A stretch of 64,000 bases of DNA from Candidatus Anstonellales archaeon (GCA_038890615.1 JAWAFI010000002.1:17488-81487); one strand, 5' to 3'; positions 7,754 to 17,418 are shown, counted from the stretch's first letter. Program-made: numbers and translations. Notes: generated by a model not told the origin, from the sequence alone.

Positions 7754-10003
7754 TTAAAGTTCCTCTATTTCAGTAGGCGCATCCTTGTCCTTGTCCCTGC
7801 TTAACTTAAGGTACTTTCCTGTGTCTGCGGAGATGAGATTTTCATCGTGTGTTATTATGAAAGATTGTTCAACTAATTCAGGGAGCCTGTGCTGAATCAA
7901 TTCTGAAAGGGCGAGCACAGAGTCCCTATCTAGGTTGTGGGTCGGCTCATCCAATATTAGGATGTTTATGTCTGGAAGAATGACGGAAGCTAGCGCAATC
8001 CTAAAAGCAAGCGCAAGTGCAGTCCTTTCCCCGCCGCTCATCAACCTATCTATGTCATGCCATTCACTTTCATAAAGCACCTCAAATTCATACCCCCTAT
8101 CGCTTATCCCTATGCGCACCGCCTCATAGTTGCTATATGGGTAGATTACACGCCATATATGGGATATGGCAGTGTTCAGGGCGTCTATCACAGCCATGCG
8201 CATTTCTGCCTGGCTTTCTTCCACAACTGCCTTAAGTATTTCAAGCTGGCTTATGGCATGGGCAAGCTTGCTAATCCTGAATTCTAACTCTTTTGCCCTT
8301 TTGAGCTCAGAGCTTAGCTGTAAAGCTCTATCCTTAATCTCATAATACTCTCTCTTCCTTTCACTCAAGAGCACCTCTTTTTCAGAGAGGGCTTTTATAT
8401 ACTGCTCTATCTGCGCCCTTATATCAGCAAGCTCTTTCTCCTTCTGCTGAAGCTTGGCTTCTGCACCTTCCAACTCCTCAAGCTCCTTCTCTATTCTTTC
8501 CTTTTCCTTCTGCAACACAGGCACTTTGTCGCTTTTGCTCTTCTTTTCTTCCAACCTCCGCAGTGAGACAAGCACCTCTTCCTTCCTGCGGCTGTCAAAG
8601 GAGAGGGAGGAAAGGGCATCAAAAAGGGCTTTCTTCTCACTAGAGCGCTTTGATATTTCTTCTATCTCCTTTTCCTTCTCCTTTATATGAAGAAGCGTAA
8701 CTTCAGCTCTTTCAATAAAGGAAAGCCTCGCCTTAAGCTCTCCCTTTTGCCTTATCTTAGCTTCCAATGAATCAAGTTGGGAAGCCAATCTTTCTTTTAT
8801 ATATGAGTGCTCCTTTATCAGCTCAGCAGCGTGCTCTTTCGTAAGGGGGCGCCTGCAAACAGGGCAATCAGATGAAGCAGAGGAAAGTATCCCTAGCGTA
8901 TTTTCAGTGTCAGAAAGCTTCTGCTTCAGCTGGGCAAAAAGCGCCTCTGCCTCCTCAACATCCTTGAGCATTGCAATAATATCCTTCTTTTTAGAGCATT
9001 CCTCTTCTAACCTTTTCTTCCCACCTATTTCCTTGGCAAGTGCTTCTTTTCTGCGCTCAAGCTGCTCTATCTCCGCAATTGATTTGCTAAGATTATCCTT
9101 CTTTCTGCTGTATTCTGCCTCTTCCCTTTCAAGCTCCCTCTTCTGCTCTTGGAGAGAAAGAAGCAACTTCATATCCTCTTCATCAAAAGATGAATCTGAT
9201 ATATCCTTTTCTACCACTTCAAGCCGTGCTCGAAGCTGATATGCCCTCTTTATAGAAGCCCTTAAGGAAGCTAATGCAGTAGATACTGAGACGTCTGAAT
9301 TGCGGGCTGAAGAAACAAGATTACGGAGTTCCTTAGCCTCTCCTTCAATCTGGCAAATCATGGCATTTATCTCTTCCTCTTTCTTTGATAGAAAGGATAG
9401 CTCTTCCTCCTTCTTTTTGACCTCTTCTGGTCTGAAAGAATCGCGGAGGCCTGAAAGCTCTGAGTTAAGCTGCTTAAGGGCATCAGAGATATTTGCCCTT
9501 GCCTCTTCAAACCTTTCAAAGCCAAGCAGGGAATCTATCTGCTCTTTGCGCTTTGATGGCACTGCATCAAGAAGAAGGGGGAGGTTGTTCTGCTCGGAAT
9601 AAACAGCTCTGGTAAAATTGAAATAATCTGTTGAGAGTGCTTCTGAAATGTATGCTGAAACTCGCTCTACGCCTTTCTCTATCAATCTTCCATTCACGAA
9701 CAACGAAGCAAAATGCTTTCCGTCACCTGAAACAGAGCGGATCACCCTGAAGGATGAGCCCTTGTGGGTGAAGGTAAGCTCAAGCTCTGCTTTCTCCTGC
9801 CCCTTTCTCACCACATCTGCAAGCTTTACCTTTTTTCTCTCAAGCATTGGAAAGTTTCCAAATAGGGAAAAGCATATTGCGTCTACTATTGAGCTCTTCC
9901 CAGTTCCCATGCCCCCTATGATTAGGTTGCTCCCCTTTGAGAAGGAAATTGAGCTCTTGTGGTGGGAGCGCCAGTTTGAAAGTCTCAAGCTCTGCAGAAG
10001 CAT
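7754..10003 (-). CDS. rad50: Rad50/SbcC-like SMC ATPase with zinc hook
   Basis: Walker A GGMGTGKSS sits at the N-terminus. A long central coiled coil carries a CPVC zinc hook. The C-terminus has the ABC signature SGGERTALALAF and a Walker B ILILDEPT. Confidence 0.8.
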   Translation of the reverse strand: MLLQSLRLSNWRSHHKSSISFSKGSNLIIGGMGTGKSSIVDAICFSLFGNFPMLERKKVKLADVVRKGQEKAELELTFTHKGSSFRVIRSVSGDGKHFASLFVNGRLIEKGVERVSAYISEALSTDYFNFTRAVYSEQNNLPLLLDAVPSKRKEQIDSLLGFERFEEARANISDALKQLNSELSGLRDSFRPEEVKKKEEELSFLSKKEEEINAMICQIEGEAKELRNLVSSARNSDVSVSTALASLRASIKRAYQLRARLEVVEKDISDSSFDEEDMKLLLSLQEQKRELEREEAEYSRKKDNLSKSIAEIEQLERRKEALAKEIGGKKRLEEECSKKKDIIAMLKDVEEAEALFAQLKQKLSDTENTLGILSSASSDCPVCRRPLTKEHAAELIKEHSYIKERLASQLDSLEAKIRQKGELKARLSFIERAEVTLLHIKEKEKEIEEISKRSSEKKALFDALSSLSFDSRRKEEVLVSLRRLEEKKSKSDKVPVLQKEKERIEKELEELEGAEAKLQQKEKELADIRAQIEQYIKALSEKEVLLSERKREYYEIKDRALQLSSELKRAKELEFRISKLAHAISQLEILKAVVEESQAEMRMAVIDALNTAISHIWRVIYPYSNYEAVRIGISDRGYEFEVLYESEWHDIDRLMSGGERTALALAFRIALASVILPDINILILDEPTHNLDRDSVLALSELIQHRLPELVEQSFIITHDENLISADTGKYLKLSRDKDKDAPTEIEEL

Positions 10004-10071
10004 GAGAGATTCAGGATAAGGAATTTTAAATATGTTTGCGAGCTTATCCTATTATTTAGCAAAAGAAGCTG

Positions 10072-10683
10072 CTACCTCCCAAGCAGGATGTAGTAATCAG
10101 ACACTATTTTGAATGTTGTCAGGAATGACATAACAACTGTACCTAAGGAATTAGCTGCACCACCTATGCCAACTAGAATAAACAATCCTATTCCGTTGTA
10201 TATTAGTTCAGAAAAGAAGAAATATACTAGCGTGAATAAGTCAAAGCCTTTTGGAATGAATGATTTGAAAAATGGCTCTCCGGCTATTATGCGGTAATAT
10301 CCAATTACCATAGTCAAGAAAGAGAGTGCAAGGAGAAGCGCAAATAGCGGGATGAATAGCGGAAAGAACATGTATAAAGCAAAGAGAATCGCTGCAGAGA
10401 GAAAGAAAAGGGCATATGCGCCTATAACCTTTGCAGTGTAAAGCAGCAGCTCGTTAAATGTTGTGGTTGTGCCAGTGTATATCATATGAATGCTTTTTGC
10501 CACTGAAGTGCGCACGAAAATATGGCATATTAGAAAAATAATGGTTAGCACTTGGGAAAAAATAGAAAAAACATCCTGCGCAAAAAGCAGAAAAACCAAA
10601 ATTGAAAGAAGGTTGAAAGCTGCAAAAAGCAGGGAGAGTGCTAGGAGCTTCTTAAAATTCTTTTTCAGCACTTCAAAAAACAT
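10072..10683 (-). CDS. Polytopic membrane protein of unknown function
   Basis: Five to six hydrophobic helices with no recognisable motif. Confidence 0.4.
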   Translation of the reverse strand: MFFEVLKKNFKKLLALSLLFAAFNLLSILVFLLFAQDVFSIFSQVLTIIFLICHIFVRTSVAKSIHMIYTGTTTTFNELLLYTAKVIGAYALFFLSAAILFALYMFFPLFIPLFALLLALSFLTMVIGYYRIIAGEPFFKSFIPKGFDLFTLVYFFFSELIYNGIGLFILVGIGGAANSLGTVVMSFLTTFKIVSDYYILLGR

Positions 10684-10734
10684 ATAGATGCAAGGGAAAG
10701 GTATTTAAAAAGATTTTCCAAGGTATTAGATATC

Positions 10735-10807
10735 GGGGAAGTGGGCCAACCTGGTATGCTGCCAGCTTTGGGAGCTGGTGATTCGAGTTCAAATCTCGGC
10801 TTCCCCA
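10735..10807 (+). tRNA. tRNA-Pro (anticodon TGG)
   Basis: The acceptor GGGGAAG pairs with CTTCCCC. The anticodon stem CCAGC/GCTGG encloses the loop TTTGGGA, and the T-loop is TTCAAAT. There is a discriminator A and no encoded CCA. Confidence 0.8.
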
Positions 10808-10808
10808 T

Positions 10809-11528
10809 ATGGACGACGAGCTTATAATTAGGGATGGGAATAGGGGATTAGGGGTAAGGTTCAACCTTGAAGGCAAAGCAGAGCAGGAGTTCTGCTATGC
10901 TATGGCCTATGCAATACCTGTGTTTGGAAGCATGGCATTTGATTTTTCAGGAATTGAGAATAAAGGGGCAAAGAGTGCTGAGGGCCTTTTAGAACTCCTT
11001 AAGTCAAAGCCATCCAACCCATTGCTTAAGGAAGTGCAGGAAACTGCTTACATATGGAATACCTTGGAAGCAATGGGCATACGCCATCTTCCAAAGCCAG
11101 AAGATTATGGATTCGTTCAGCACGAGAAGGTGGAGGCAAAGGATGAGATAGGGCTAATCGTGAAGTATAAAGGGTGGATAAGCGTCAAAAAAGTTGGAAC
11201 AGAGGCAGAAGACTGGGAAAGGGCATTCCTTGCTGCTGGCATAGTTGAAAGCATAGTCAGGAAGCTTTGGGAGGCGTCTGGTTTTAAAGAGGCAGAAGTA
11301 GGGAGGAAAGATAAGAAAGCTCTTGCAAAGGCAATAGAAGAGGCAAAAGGCAAAGAAGGGCTTGCAGGGGCATACGAAACTTACAAAGCCGTTAGGGAGG
11401 CAGGCTACAGCGCTTATGCCCTTGAGGATTTTTATTTCAAATACCTATACAAAGAGCACCCTGAAATAAAGGATATACTCAGTAGGAAGAAGAGGGCCAA
11501 GAAGAAGGCGCTCAAGATGGTTGAATGA
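10809..11528 (+). CDS. Hypothetical protein (starts 2 nt after tRNA-Pro; 4-nt overlap with the downstream beta-CASP gene)
   Basis: A 239-aa ORF with no recognisable motif. It is translationally coupled to the next gene through ATGA. Confidence 0.4.
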   Translation: MDDELIIRDGNRGLGVRFNLEGKAEQEFCYAMAYAIPVFGSMAFDFSGIENKGAKSAEGLLELLKSKPSNPLLKEVQETAYIWNTLEAMGIRHLPKPEDYGFVQHEKVEAKDEIGLIVKYKGWISVKKVGTEAEDWERAFLAAGIVESIVRKLWEASGFKEAEVGRKDKKALAKAIEEAKGKEGLAGAYETYKAVREAGYSAYALEDFYFKYLYKEHPEIKDILSRKKRAKKKALKMVE

Positions 11529-12778
11529 GGGCAACTTTTTACGGCGGCGCGGGAGAGATAGGAAGAAGCTGCATACAGGCAGGTGATATGCTGCTAGATG
11601 CAGGGATAAAGCTTGGAAAGGCAAACGAATTCCCAGCAATAGGGACATTGGATGGAATAAGCAAAATAATAGTGACCCATGCTCATTTAGACCACTGCGG
11701 CTACTTGGCACACCTAAGCAATGAGATTGCGGAAAAGGATATAATAACCACCCCTCCAACAAAAGATCTTATGGGGCTATTGCTGTCAGATTACGCCTCA
11801 TTAGCAGAAGACATAGGCCCAGGCGCAGTTGAGGCTGTAATGAGAGCTACTAAAACAATAAATTTCCACAAGATAATAAGGAATGATGGCAGGATAAGGC
11901 TGCACAGGGCAGGCCACATACTTGGTGCTGCGATGGTTGAGATAAACAATGGTGGAAAAACAATAATTTACACCGGGGACATGAACAACAGAGGAGGCAA
12001 GACAATAGCAGGCTGTGAAAGGATAAGAAAGGCAGACACGCTGATAATAGAAGGAACGTATTGTTTAGAAGACAGGAAGCCAATTAAGGCAGTTTCAGGC
12101 GAATTTGAGAGGAAAATAAGGGAAGTCATTGGAAGAGGGGGCACAATACTGATACCTGTTTTTGCAGTTGGAAGGGGGGAGGAAATACTTTTGACACTTC
12201 ATGATATGGCGAAAAGAGGCACTCTGAAAGCTAAAATATATGTTGATGGTATGGTCAAGAAAGCTTACAATGTTTACAGGCAAAACATACTTTATGCCAG
12301 GAAATCGCTGATTTCAAGGATACTCCTTAGCGATGATGACCCTTTCAAGAGCCCCTATTTCATTATACCCAAAACCATGGACAAGAGCGATGTTGAAGGT
12401 GGTGTCATAGTCACAACCTCTGGAATGCTTACAGGAGGGCCAATTGTACAATACCTCAAAAGATTTGGAGGTGATGAAAACAACGCAGTGGTGCTCACTG
12501 GTTACCAGGCAGAAGGCACTCCTGGAAGGCAACTGCTTGATGGAATGAAAAAGGTGGAAATAGGGGGGGAGAATATTGAGGTAAGGGCGCAGGTCTGGCA
12601 GGCAGACTTCTCGGGGCATGCAGACAGGAATGGCCTAATATCCTTTGTGAAAGGAATAAAGGGGCTGAAAAAGATAGTGCTTGTGCATGGGGAAAGGGGC
12701 AAAATGGAGAAATTTGCAGAAGAGTTAAAGGAATACGAAGTTGAGATACCTCAGCAGTTTGATGAGGTTGACTTGTAG
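11525..12778 (+). CDS. Metallo-beta-lactamase / beta-CASP family ribonuclease (aCPSF/RNase J-like)
   Basis: Motifs seen are HAHLDHCG (MBL motif 2), an upstream D/H, and downstream beta-CASP-type H residues. Length is 417 aa. Confidence 0.7.
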   Translation: MRATFYGGAGEIGRSCIQAGDMLLDAGIKLGKANEFPAIGTLDGISKIIVTHAHLDHCGYLAHLSNEIAEKDIITTPPTKDLMGLLLSDYASLAEDIGPGAVEAVMRATKTINFHKIIRNDGRIRLHRAGHILGAAMVEINNGGKTIIYTGDMNNRGGKTIAGCERIRKADTLIIEGTYCLEDRKPIKAVSGEFERKIREVIGRGGTILIPVFAVGRGEEILLTLHDMAKRGTLKAKIYVDGMVKKAYNVYRQNILYARKSLISRILLSDDDPFKSPYFIIPKTMDKSDVEGGVIVTTSGMLTGGPIVQYLKRFGGDENNAVVLTGYQAEGTPGRQLLDGMKKVEIGGENIEVRAQVWQADFSGHADRNGLISFVKGIKGLKKIVLVHGERGKMEKFAEELKEYEVEIPQQFDEVDL

Positions 12779-13332
12779 GAGCTCCCGTTCTTTTCAACTA
12801 TCACGCAGATGGAAGAGTCGCCCTTCCTAGATGTCCATGTTACATACCACTTTCCATCCCTAAATATAACCTCTGGCATTGCTTGGTAAGAATCTATGTA
12901 AGATGAGATCTCAGCAGTTGGGTAAAGCTTGTGGGATGCTATTATTGCCTCCTCTGGGAAAAGTATGCTGCAATGCTCTGCTATGCAAAGCTGGCACCTT
13001 TCAGTTATCACTTCTGGGGGCTGGGGCACAAAGTTCTGCTCAGGGTAATTGTAGTATAGGTGAATCCTTGAAGGGCATTTTGTCTGCAAACCCCAGCTAA
13101 CCCTGACCTTAACCTCATAATAATCCCCTTTTGAACTGTATTTCTTGTCCATAGAAACGACTTCTATTACCTCAGCCTGAGGGTATTTCACTGCAGCGTC
13201 TTCTATAACATAGTTCCTTATGTCCTCCTCCACTACATAATCAGGAAGGAATGGCTTTATCAGCAATATCGTTAAAGCCATAATCAGAAGAAGCAAAGCA
13301 ATGTGCTCTATCCTTATTTTTTCCCTTTTCAT
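12751..13332 (-). CDS. Membrane-anchored hypothetical protein (N-terminal TM, Cys-containing extracytoplasmic domain)
   Basis: N-terminal hydrophobic helix LLLLIMALTILLI. Overlaps the upstream wHTH/coiled-coil gene by 4 nt. Confidence 0.35.
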   Translation of the reverse strand: MKREKIRIEHIALLLLIMALTILLIKPFLPDYVVEEDIRNYVIEDAAVKYPQAEVIEVVSMDKKYSSKGDYYEVKVRVSWGLQTKCPSRIHLYYNYPEQNFVPQPPEVITERCQLCIAEHCSILFPEEAIIASHKLYPTAEISSYIDSYQAMPEVIFRDGKWYVTWTSRKGDSSICVIVEKNGSSYKSTSSNC

Positions 13333-14834
13333 TTCTTCATGCTCTTGAGTTTTTGTGATTTCCTGAAAATAGTGACTTTAGATTTTTCAATCTCCTTGCT
13401 AAGGTCCGCAGGCTTTCCAGAAGCTAAGTCCTTTGCCTTTGTGAGAAGTTCTTTCAAGTAAGCCTGCAACTCTTCTACTTGGCTCTCAATAAGCTTTTCT
13501 TTCTGCACCATCTCTTCGCCCTTCTCTACATATTCCTTCATTAAGGCATTTAGGTTCTGCTCATAAAGGTAGACCGTGCTCTTTTCCTTTCCAGAAACCA
13601 CATTCTCTACTACTTCCTGCGTTTCGGCAACATCCTTCTCAATCTCAGCGATAAGGTTCTCATAATCATTGTAATAGTTTAGCACTTCCTTTTCAAGCTG
13701 CTTTGTATTCTCGATCTGCTTTAGGATGTCATCAAGGTTTTCCTTCCTTCTCCTTGTACTCTCCCTAAGCATGTCTATCCTATCGCTTAGCTCCAGCCTG
13801 ACTTTTGCCATTGAGGATACCGCCCTGTCTGCCTCTTCAGCCCTTGCCTGCACTTCTGAAACAGTCGAGCGTATTGAATCTACCTTTGCCCTAAGCTCTT
13901 TCTCCTTTTCCATAAGGTTCTTGTACTCTTTTTCTACTGTTTCAATAAGCTTCTCCTCGTCCCTCATTGCGTCATTTATGCTCTTTTTCTGGTCATTCAC
14001 TTCCTTCATAAGTTCAGCAACTTCTTTTTTAACAGAATCAAGAAGCTCCTTTATAAGCCCCATCTCATGCTGGGCTTTTTTCTCTATTTTCTCCACAAGG
14101 CTTGCGTACTTAGCAACCTTCTCGTATTTCTCAGGAAGGGACGCCACTCTGTCCTGCAAAGAAAGGATCAGCTGCTCTTTTTCCATCACCTTCTCTGCTA
14201 TCTTGTCTGCCTTTGCTTGGGTAAGCGCTTGAAGCTCTGCAAACTCATCAGTATAAAGCTTTTCCTTCTTCTCCTTTAGTTTAGAAAGCTCCCCTTTTAC
14301 CCTGTTTATCTCATCCAAATATTCCCTGAGGGAAGTAAGAGCCTTTTTCTTTTTGTCCTTGATTTCATCCTTCTGTTTTTGAACATCTTCCTCTTTCGGC
14401 TGCTCAGCCCATTCTGGCTCCTCTGGCTGGGCCTCTGCCTTCCTCACAACCATCTGCTTCTTCTCAGCAGGAGGCTTGGTTGTGCCTAGCTTTATGACTT
14501 TCACTTCTTCTGGCTTCTTCTTTTCGGCTTTCTTTGGCTTCTTCTTTTCGGCTTTCTTTGGCTTCTCGGCTTTCTTTGGCTTCTCCTTCTGCGGTTTCGC
14601 GGCCTCAACCGGCGGCTTCTTTGCCTCAACAGCTTTCCTTTCATGGCCAAGCCACTCAACATATGTCTTTGTAAGGGTGTAGTAGATGCGCACATAACCT
14701 TCTGCCTCAAGAACCTTTATCCAATACTTCACTTCATCAAATCCCCTGTTCAGCTCATTTGCTATTTCAGAAAGCTCCAGCTTCTTCTTTTTGGATATTA
14801 ATTCTATGAGCCTGTCTACATCTGTGGTTATCAT
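13329..14834 (-). CDS. Winged-helix plus long coiled-coil protein with a Lys/Glu/Pro repeat linker
   Basis: The N-terminus is wHTH-like (LIELISKKKKLELSEIANELNRGFDEVKYWIKVLEAEGYVRIY). This is followed by a (PKKAEKKK)n linker and about 350 aa of heptad-rich, E/K-rich coiled coil. Confidence 0.5.
   Translation of the reverse strand: MITTDVDRLIELISKKKKLELSEIANELNRGFDEVKYWIKVLEAEGYVRIYYTLTKTYVEWLGHERKAVEAKKPPVEAAKPQKEKPKKAEKPKKAEKKKPKKAEKKKPEEVKVIKLGTTKPPAEKKQMVVRKAEAQPEEPEWAEQPKEEDVQKQKDEIKDKKKKALTSLREYLDEINRVKGELSKLKEKKEKLYTDEFAELQALTQAKADKIAEKVMEKEQLILSLQDRVASLPEKYEKVAKYASLVEKIEKKAQHEMGLIKELLDSVKKEVAELMKEVNDQKKSINDAMRDEEKLIETVEKEYKNLMEKEKELRAKVDSIRSTVSEVQARAEEADRAVSSMAKVRLELSDRIDMLRESTRRRKENLDDILKQIENTKQLEKEVLNYYNDYENLIAEIEKDVAETQEVVENVVSGKEKSTVYLYEQNLNALMKEYVEKGEEMVQKEKLIESQVEELQAYLKELLTKAKDLASGKPADLSKEIEKSKVTIFRKSQKLKSMKK
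14510..14590. repeat. Imperfect tandem 24-nt coding repeat (ggcttcttcttttcggctttcttt, about 3.5 copies) encoding KKAEKKKP units
   Basis: Direct tandem copies are visible in the sequence at 14512-14590, inside the CDS 13329-14834. Confidence 0.7.
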
Positions 14835-15361
14835 GCTGCCACCCTACTTGAAACCTTTATTTTATAAGCGCCCGACATCTTCTTTGGTGCCTTAAGCAAT
14901 GACTCCCTTACCTTGCTTTCGTACTGCTTGTATGTTGAAACGACAAAAACAGGCCTTCCCTTGTATATCCTTGCAGCCCTGCTAGTAGGCTTCCCGAACG
15001 ATCTCCTCATCCCCTGCTGAATCCTGTCTGCTCCTGCGGTAGCAACCATCCTGTTTTCCCTTATAACATGATGTGGGTACTGCATCACAATGAAGTAATA
15101 GTTCCCAGGAGCGGCCTTTTCAAGATATCGGTTAACTGCTTGCCTTGCGCTTTCCAAAGAGTTGTCCCTTACTATAACATCCTTTTGAGCAACCAGCTCA
15201 AGTGTCAAATCATAATCTTCCTTCTTTGTCCCCATAACAAACTGGTTGAGGTGCCTATGGGGAAGCGACTTTATGTAAGACTTCCTTGGCTTGCTTTTTG
15301 AAAACCTAGTCCAAGCTACTTTGTCCATATCCCTTACGCAGCTAGCAGGTCTTAAAGCCAT
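14831..15361 (-). CDS. rpl10e: 50S ribosomal protein L10e (uL16)
   Basis: Strong similarity across the L10e body (FHHVIRENKM-like PHHVIRENRM, GADRIQQGMRRSFGKP). Confidence 0.85.
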   Translation of the reverse strand: MALRPASCVRDMDKVAWTRFSKSKPRKSYIKSLPHRHLNQFVMGTKKEDYDLTLELVAQKDVIVRDNSLESARQAVNRYLEKAAPGNYYFIVMQYPHHVIRENRMVATAGADRIQQGMRRSFGKPTSRAARIYKGRPVFVVSTYKQYESKVRESLLKAPKKMSGAYKIKVSSRVAA

Positions 15362-15489
15362 AAGAACACCTTTTATTATAAAATACGAGGGGTTTTAAAA
15401 AGCTTCTTTTTAAGGATAACCTATGAGAGAGAAAAAGTATGAAAGAATTTTCAAATTAGATAAGAAAAGGCAAATAAAAATATGAAGTT

Positions 15490-15999
15490 TTATTCAACTT
15501 TTTTGCGAAAATTGGCAAAGGCATTCTCAATGGAGGAGCGGAAGGGGTGGTTTTCGTTAACCTTCAGGAATGAAAGCAGCAGTAAGAGCTCTGCCTTCTC
15601 CTTCCCAAGCCCCCTGCTCATAAGGTAGTTTAGCGCCTGCTGGTCAATATTGTAAATATAGGCCTTGTGGCTTGCACTTGCCTGACCGCCTTTGATTTCA
15701 ATAGAAGGCGAAAAGGAAACCATGCCTCCTGCAAGGAATGCTGCCTGCTCTATTGAAAGTGAAGATCCTTTGGAGCCCTTCCCAATCCTTCCTATAGCCA
15801 AGAGGTCTGCATTAGCAAATGAAACCCCACGCATGGAAACAGATGCAGATGAGTTTTCAAGTAGCGAAAGGTCAACGCTTATTTTTATCCCTTTCAAGCC
15901 AAGGAAAATTACTTCCAAGCCATATTCACCCTTTACCTCCCCTTCAATAGAAATGCTTTCTGTTGCATAAATGGTTTGGTTCCCTGAAAGCGCAGTCAT
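15490..15999 (-). CDS. sufD: Short SufD-like protein (only the C-terminal SufB/D beta-helix and helical tail)
   Basis: The C-terminal motif QQALNYLMSRGLGKEKAELLLLLSF parallels the SufB C-terminus HYLMSRGLGRGAAQKLLVLGF. Only 169 aa. Overlaps the sufB stop by 4 nt. Confidence 0.5.
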   Translation of the reverse strand: MTALSGNQTIYATESISIEGEVKGEYGLEVIFLGLKGIKISVDLSLLENSSASVSMRGVSFANADLLAIGRIGKGSKGSSLSIEQAAFLAGGMVSFSPSIEIKGGQASASHKAYIYNIDQQALNYLMSRGLGKEKAELLLLLSFLKVNENHPFRSSIENAFANFRKKVE

Positions 16000-17327
16000 G
16001 GTTCCCCCCCTATATCTGTTTGCAAAAGCCTGTTGAACTCTATTGCATACTCAAAAGGAAGCTCAGCTATGAAATCGTCTGCAAAGCCCAGTACCAGCAG
16101 CTTCTGGGCTGCTCCCCTGCCAAGCCCCCTGCTCATAAGGTAGTGAATCTTTTCTTCCTCAATAGCTCCTATTGTTGCTTCGTGCCTAAGTTCAATGTTC
16201 CCGCCTACTGCTATCTTTGGGTAGGTGGCAGCTGATGATTCAGGGCAAACCAAAAGGGACGAGCAGTTTACAATGCATTTGCTCCTTGCTGCGCTTTCTG
16301 AAGAGGTTATCAGGGCTCTGTAGTTTGCGCACCCATTCCCCTGCGAAATGCTTTTAGAGACAACTTCAGAAGAAGTATCTTCTCCTATATGGGATATTTT
16401 CGCCCCCGTGTCAATGCACTGCCCTTCGCCAGCGTATGCAATTGAAAGAAGCCTACCAGAAGACCTTTTCCCCTGAAGCACTATTGAAGGGTATTTCATA
16501 GTTACCTTGCTGCCTATGTTGCCATCTATCCAATCTATCTGCGCACCGTCGTAAGCAATGGCTTTCTTAGTAACAAGGTTGTAAACATTCTTGGCCCAGT
16601 TCTGCACTGTAATATACTTCACCTTTGCATCCTGCTTTGCTATTATCTCAACGACCCCTGAATGCAAGGAATAAGTTGGATAGGCTGGTGCAGTGCATCC
16701 TTCTATGTAAGTTAGTGAAGAGCCGCTTTCTGCGACTATCAGTGTGCGCTCAAACTGGCCTAGGCCCATAGTGCTTATGCAGAAGTACGCCTGAAGAGGC
16801 ATATTGACTTCCACCCCTTTTGGCACATAGACAAAGGCGCCGCCGCTCCACATCGCTGTATTAAGTGCTGCAAACTTGTTGCTTGAAGGAGGTATCAGGG
16901 TGCCAAAATACTTTCTCACAATATCAGGATGTTCTTTCAGCGCAGTGTCCATGTCTGTAAGTATTACTCCTTGCTTTTCCCACTCCTTCTTTATGCTGTC
17001 GTAGATAACAGTTGAATCATACTGCGCTTCAACCCCTGCAAGAAATTTCCGCTCTGCTTCAGGTATTCCAAGCTTTTCAAACGATTCCTTAATCTCATCA
17101 GGCACCTCGCTCCACTCCCTACCTTTCCCATCAAATAAAGAAGAAAAATAAGTAAGCTTGCTGAAATCTATGCCTTCAAGGGAAGGGCCCCACTTTGGAA
17201 GCTGGGCTGAACAGAAAATTTCATAGGCGTGGAGCCTTTTTTCCCTCATCCATGCTGGCTCCCCCTTTAGAGAGGACAGCTCTGCAACTTTTTCCCTGTC
17301 AATTCCAGAAGCAAATTTGGTAGGCAC
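15996..17327 (-). CDS. sufB: Fe-S cluster assembly protein SufB
   Basis: A 443-aa protein with the SufB/D beta-helix and conserved C-terminal helices. Confidence 0.85.
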   Translation of the reverse strand: MPTKFASGIDREKVAELSSLKGEPAWMREKRLHAYEIFCSAQLPKWGPSLEGIDFSKLTYFSSLFDGKGREWSEVPDEIKESFEKLGIPEAERKFLAGVEAQYDSTVIYDSIKKEWEKQGVILTDMDTALKEHPDIVRKYFGTLIPPSSNKFAALNTAMWSGGAFVYVPKGVEVNMPLQAYFCISTMGLGQFERTLIVAESGSSLTYIEGCTAPAYPTYSLHSGVVEIIAKQDAKVKYITVQNWAKNVYNLVTKKAIAYDGAQIDWIDGNIGSKVTMKYPSIVLQGKRSSGRLLSIAYAGEGQCIDTGAKISHIGEDTSSEVVSKSISQGNGCANYRALITSSESAARSKCIVNCSSLLVCPESSAATYPKIAVGGNIELRHEATIGAIEEEKIHYLMSRGLGRGAAQKLLVLGFADDFIAELPFEYAIEFNRLLQTDIGGEP

Positions 17328-17418
17328 AACCGCTCTTCTACTTAAAGGTTTAAAAAAGAGCAGATTAAATTTTGCACAAAATAGTTAAATATTTAAATAC
17401 TCTTATTTAACCATTAGC
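17328..17418. promoter_or_regulatory. Divergent AT-rich promoter region between sufB/D and lrp-sufCSU
   Basis: TATA-like elements tttaaaaaag and aaatatttaaata lie between divergent start codons. Confidence 0.35.

Noticed and set aside
8017-9602. Several 70-120-aa ORFs on the + strand (8017-8287, 8454-8690, 8907-9239, 9300-9602), Ser/Leu/Phe-rich
   Set aside because: They lie antisense to the Rad50 coiled-coil coding region. Their low-complexity composition is the mirror of E/K/L-rich codons, which is typical of spurious shadow ORFs.
14476-14710. ORFs in both orientations over the 24-nt repeat region (Phe/Gly-rich on +, Arg/Lys-rich on -)
   Set aside because: These are alternative frames or antisense of the KKAEKKKP-encoding repeat inside gene 13329-14834, not independent genes.
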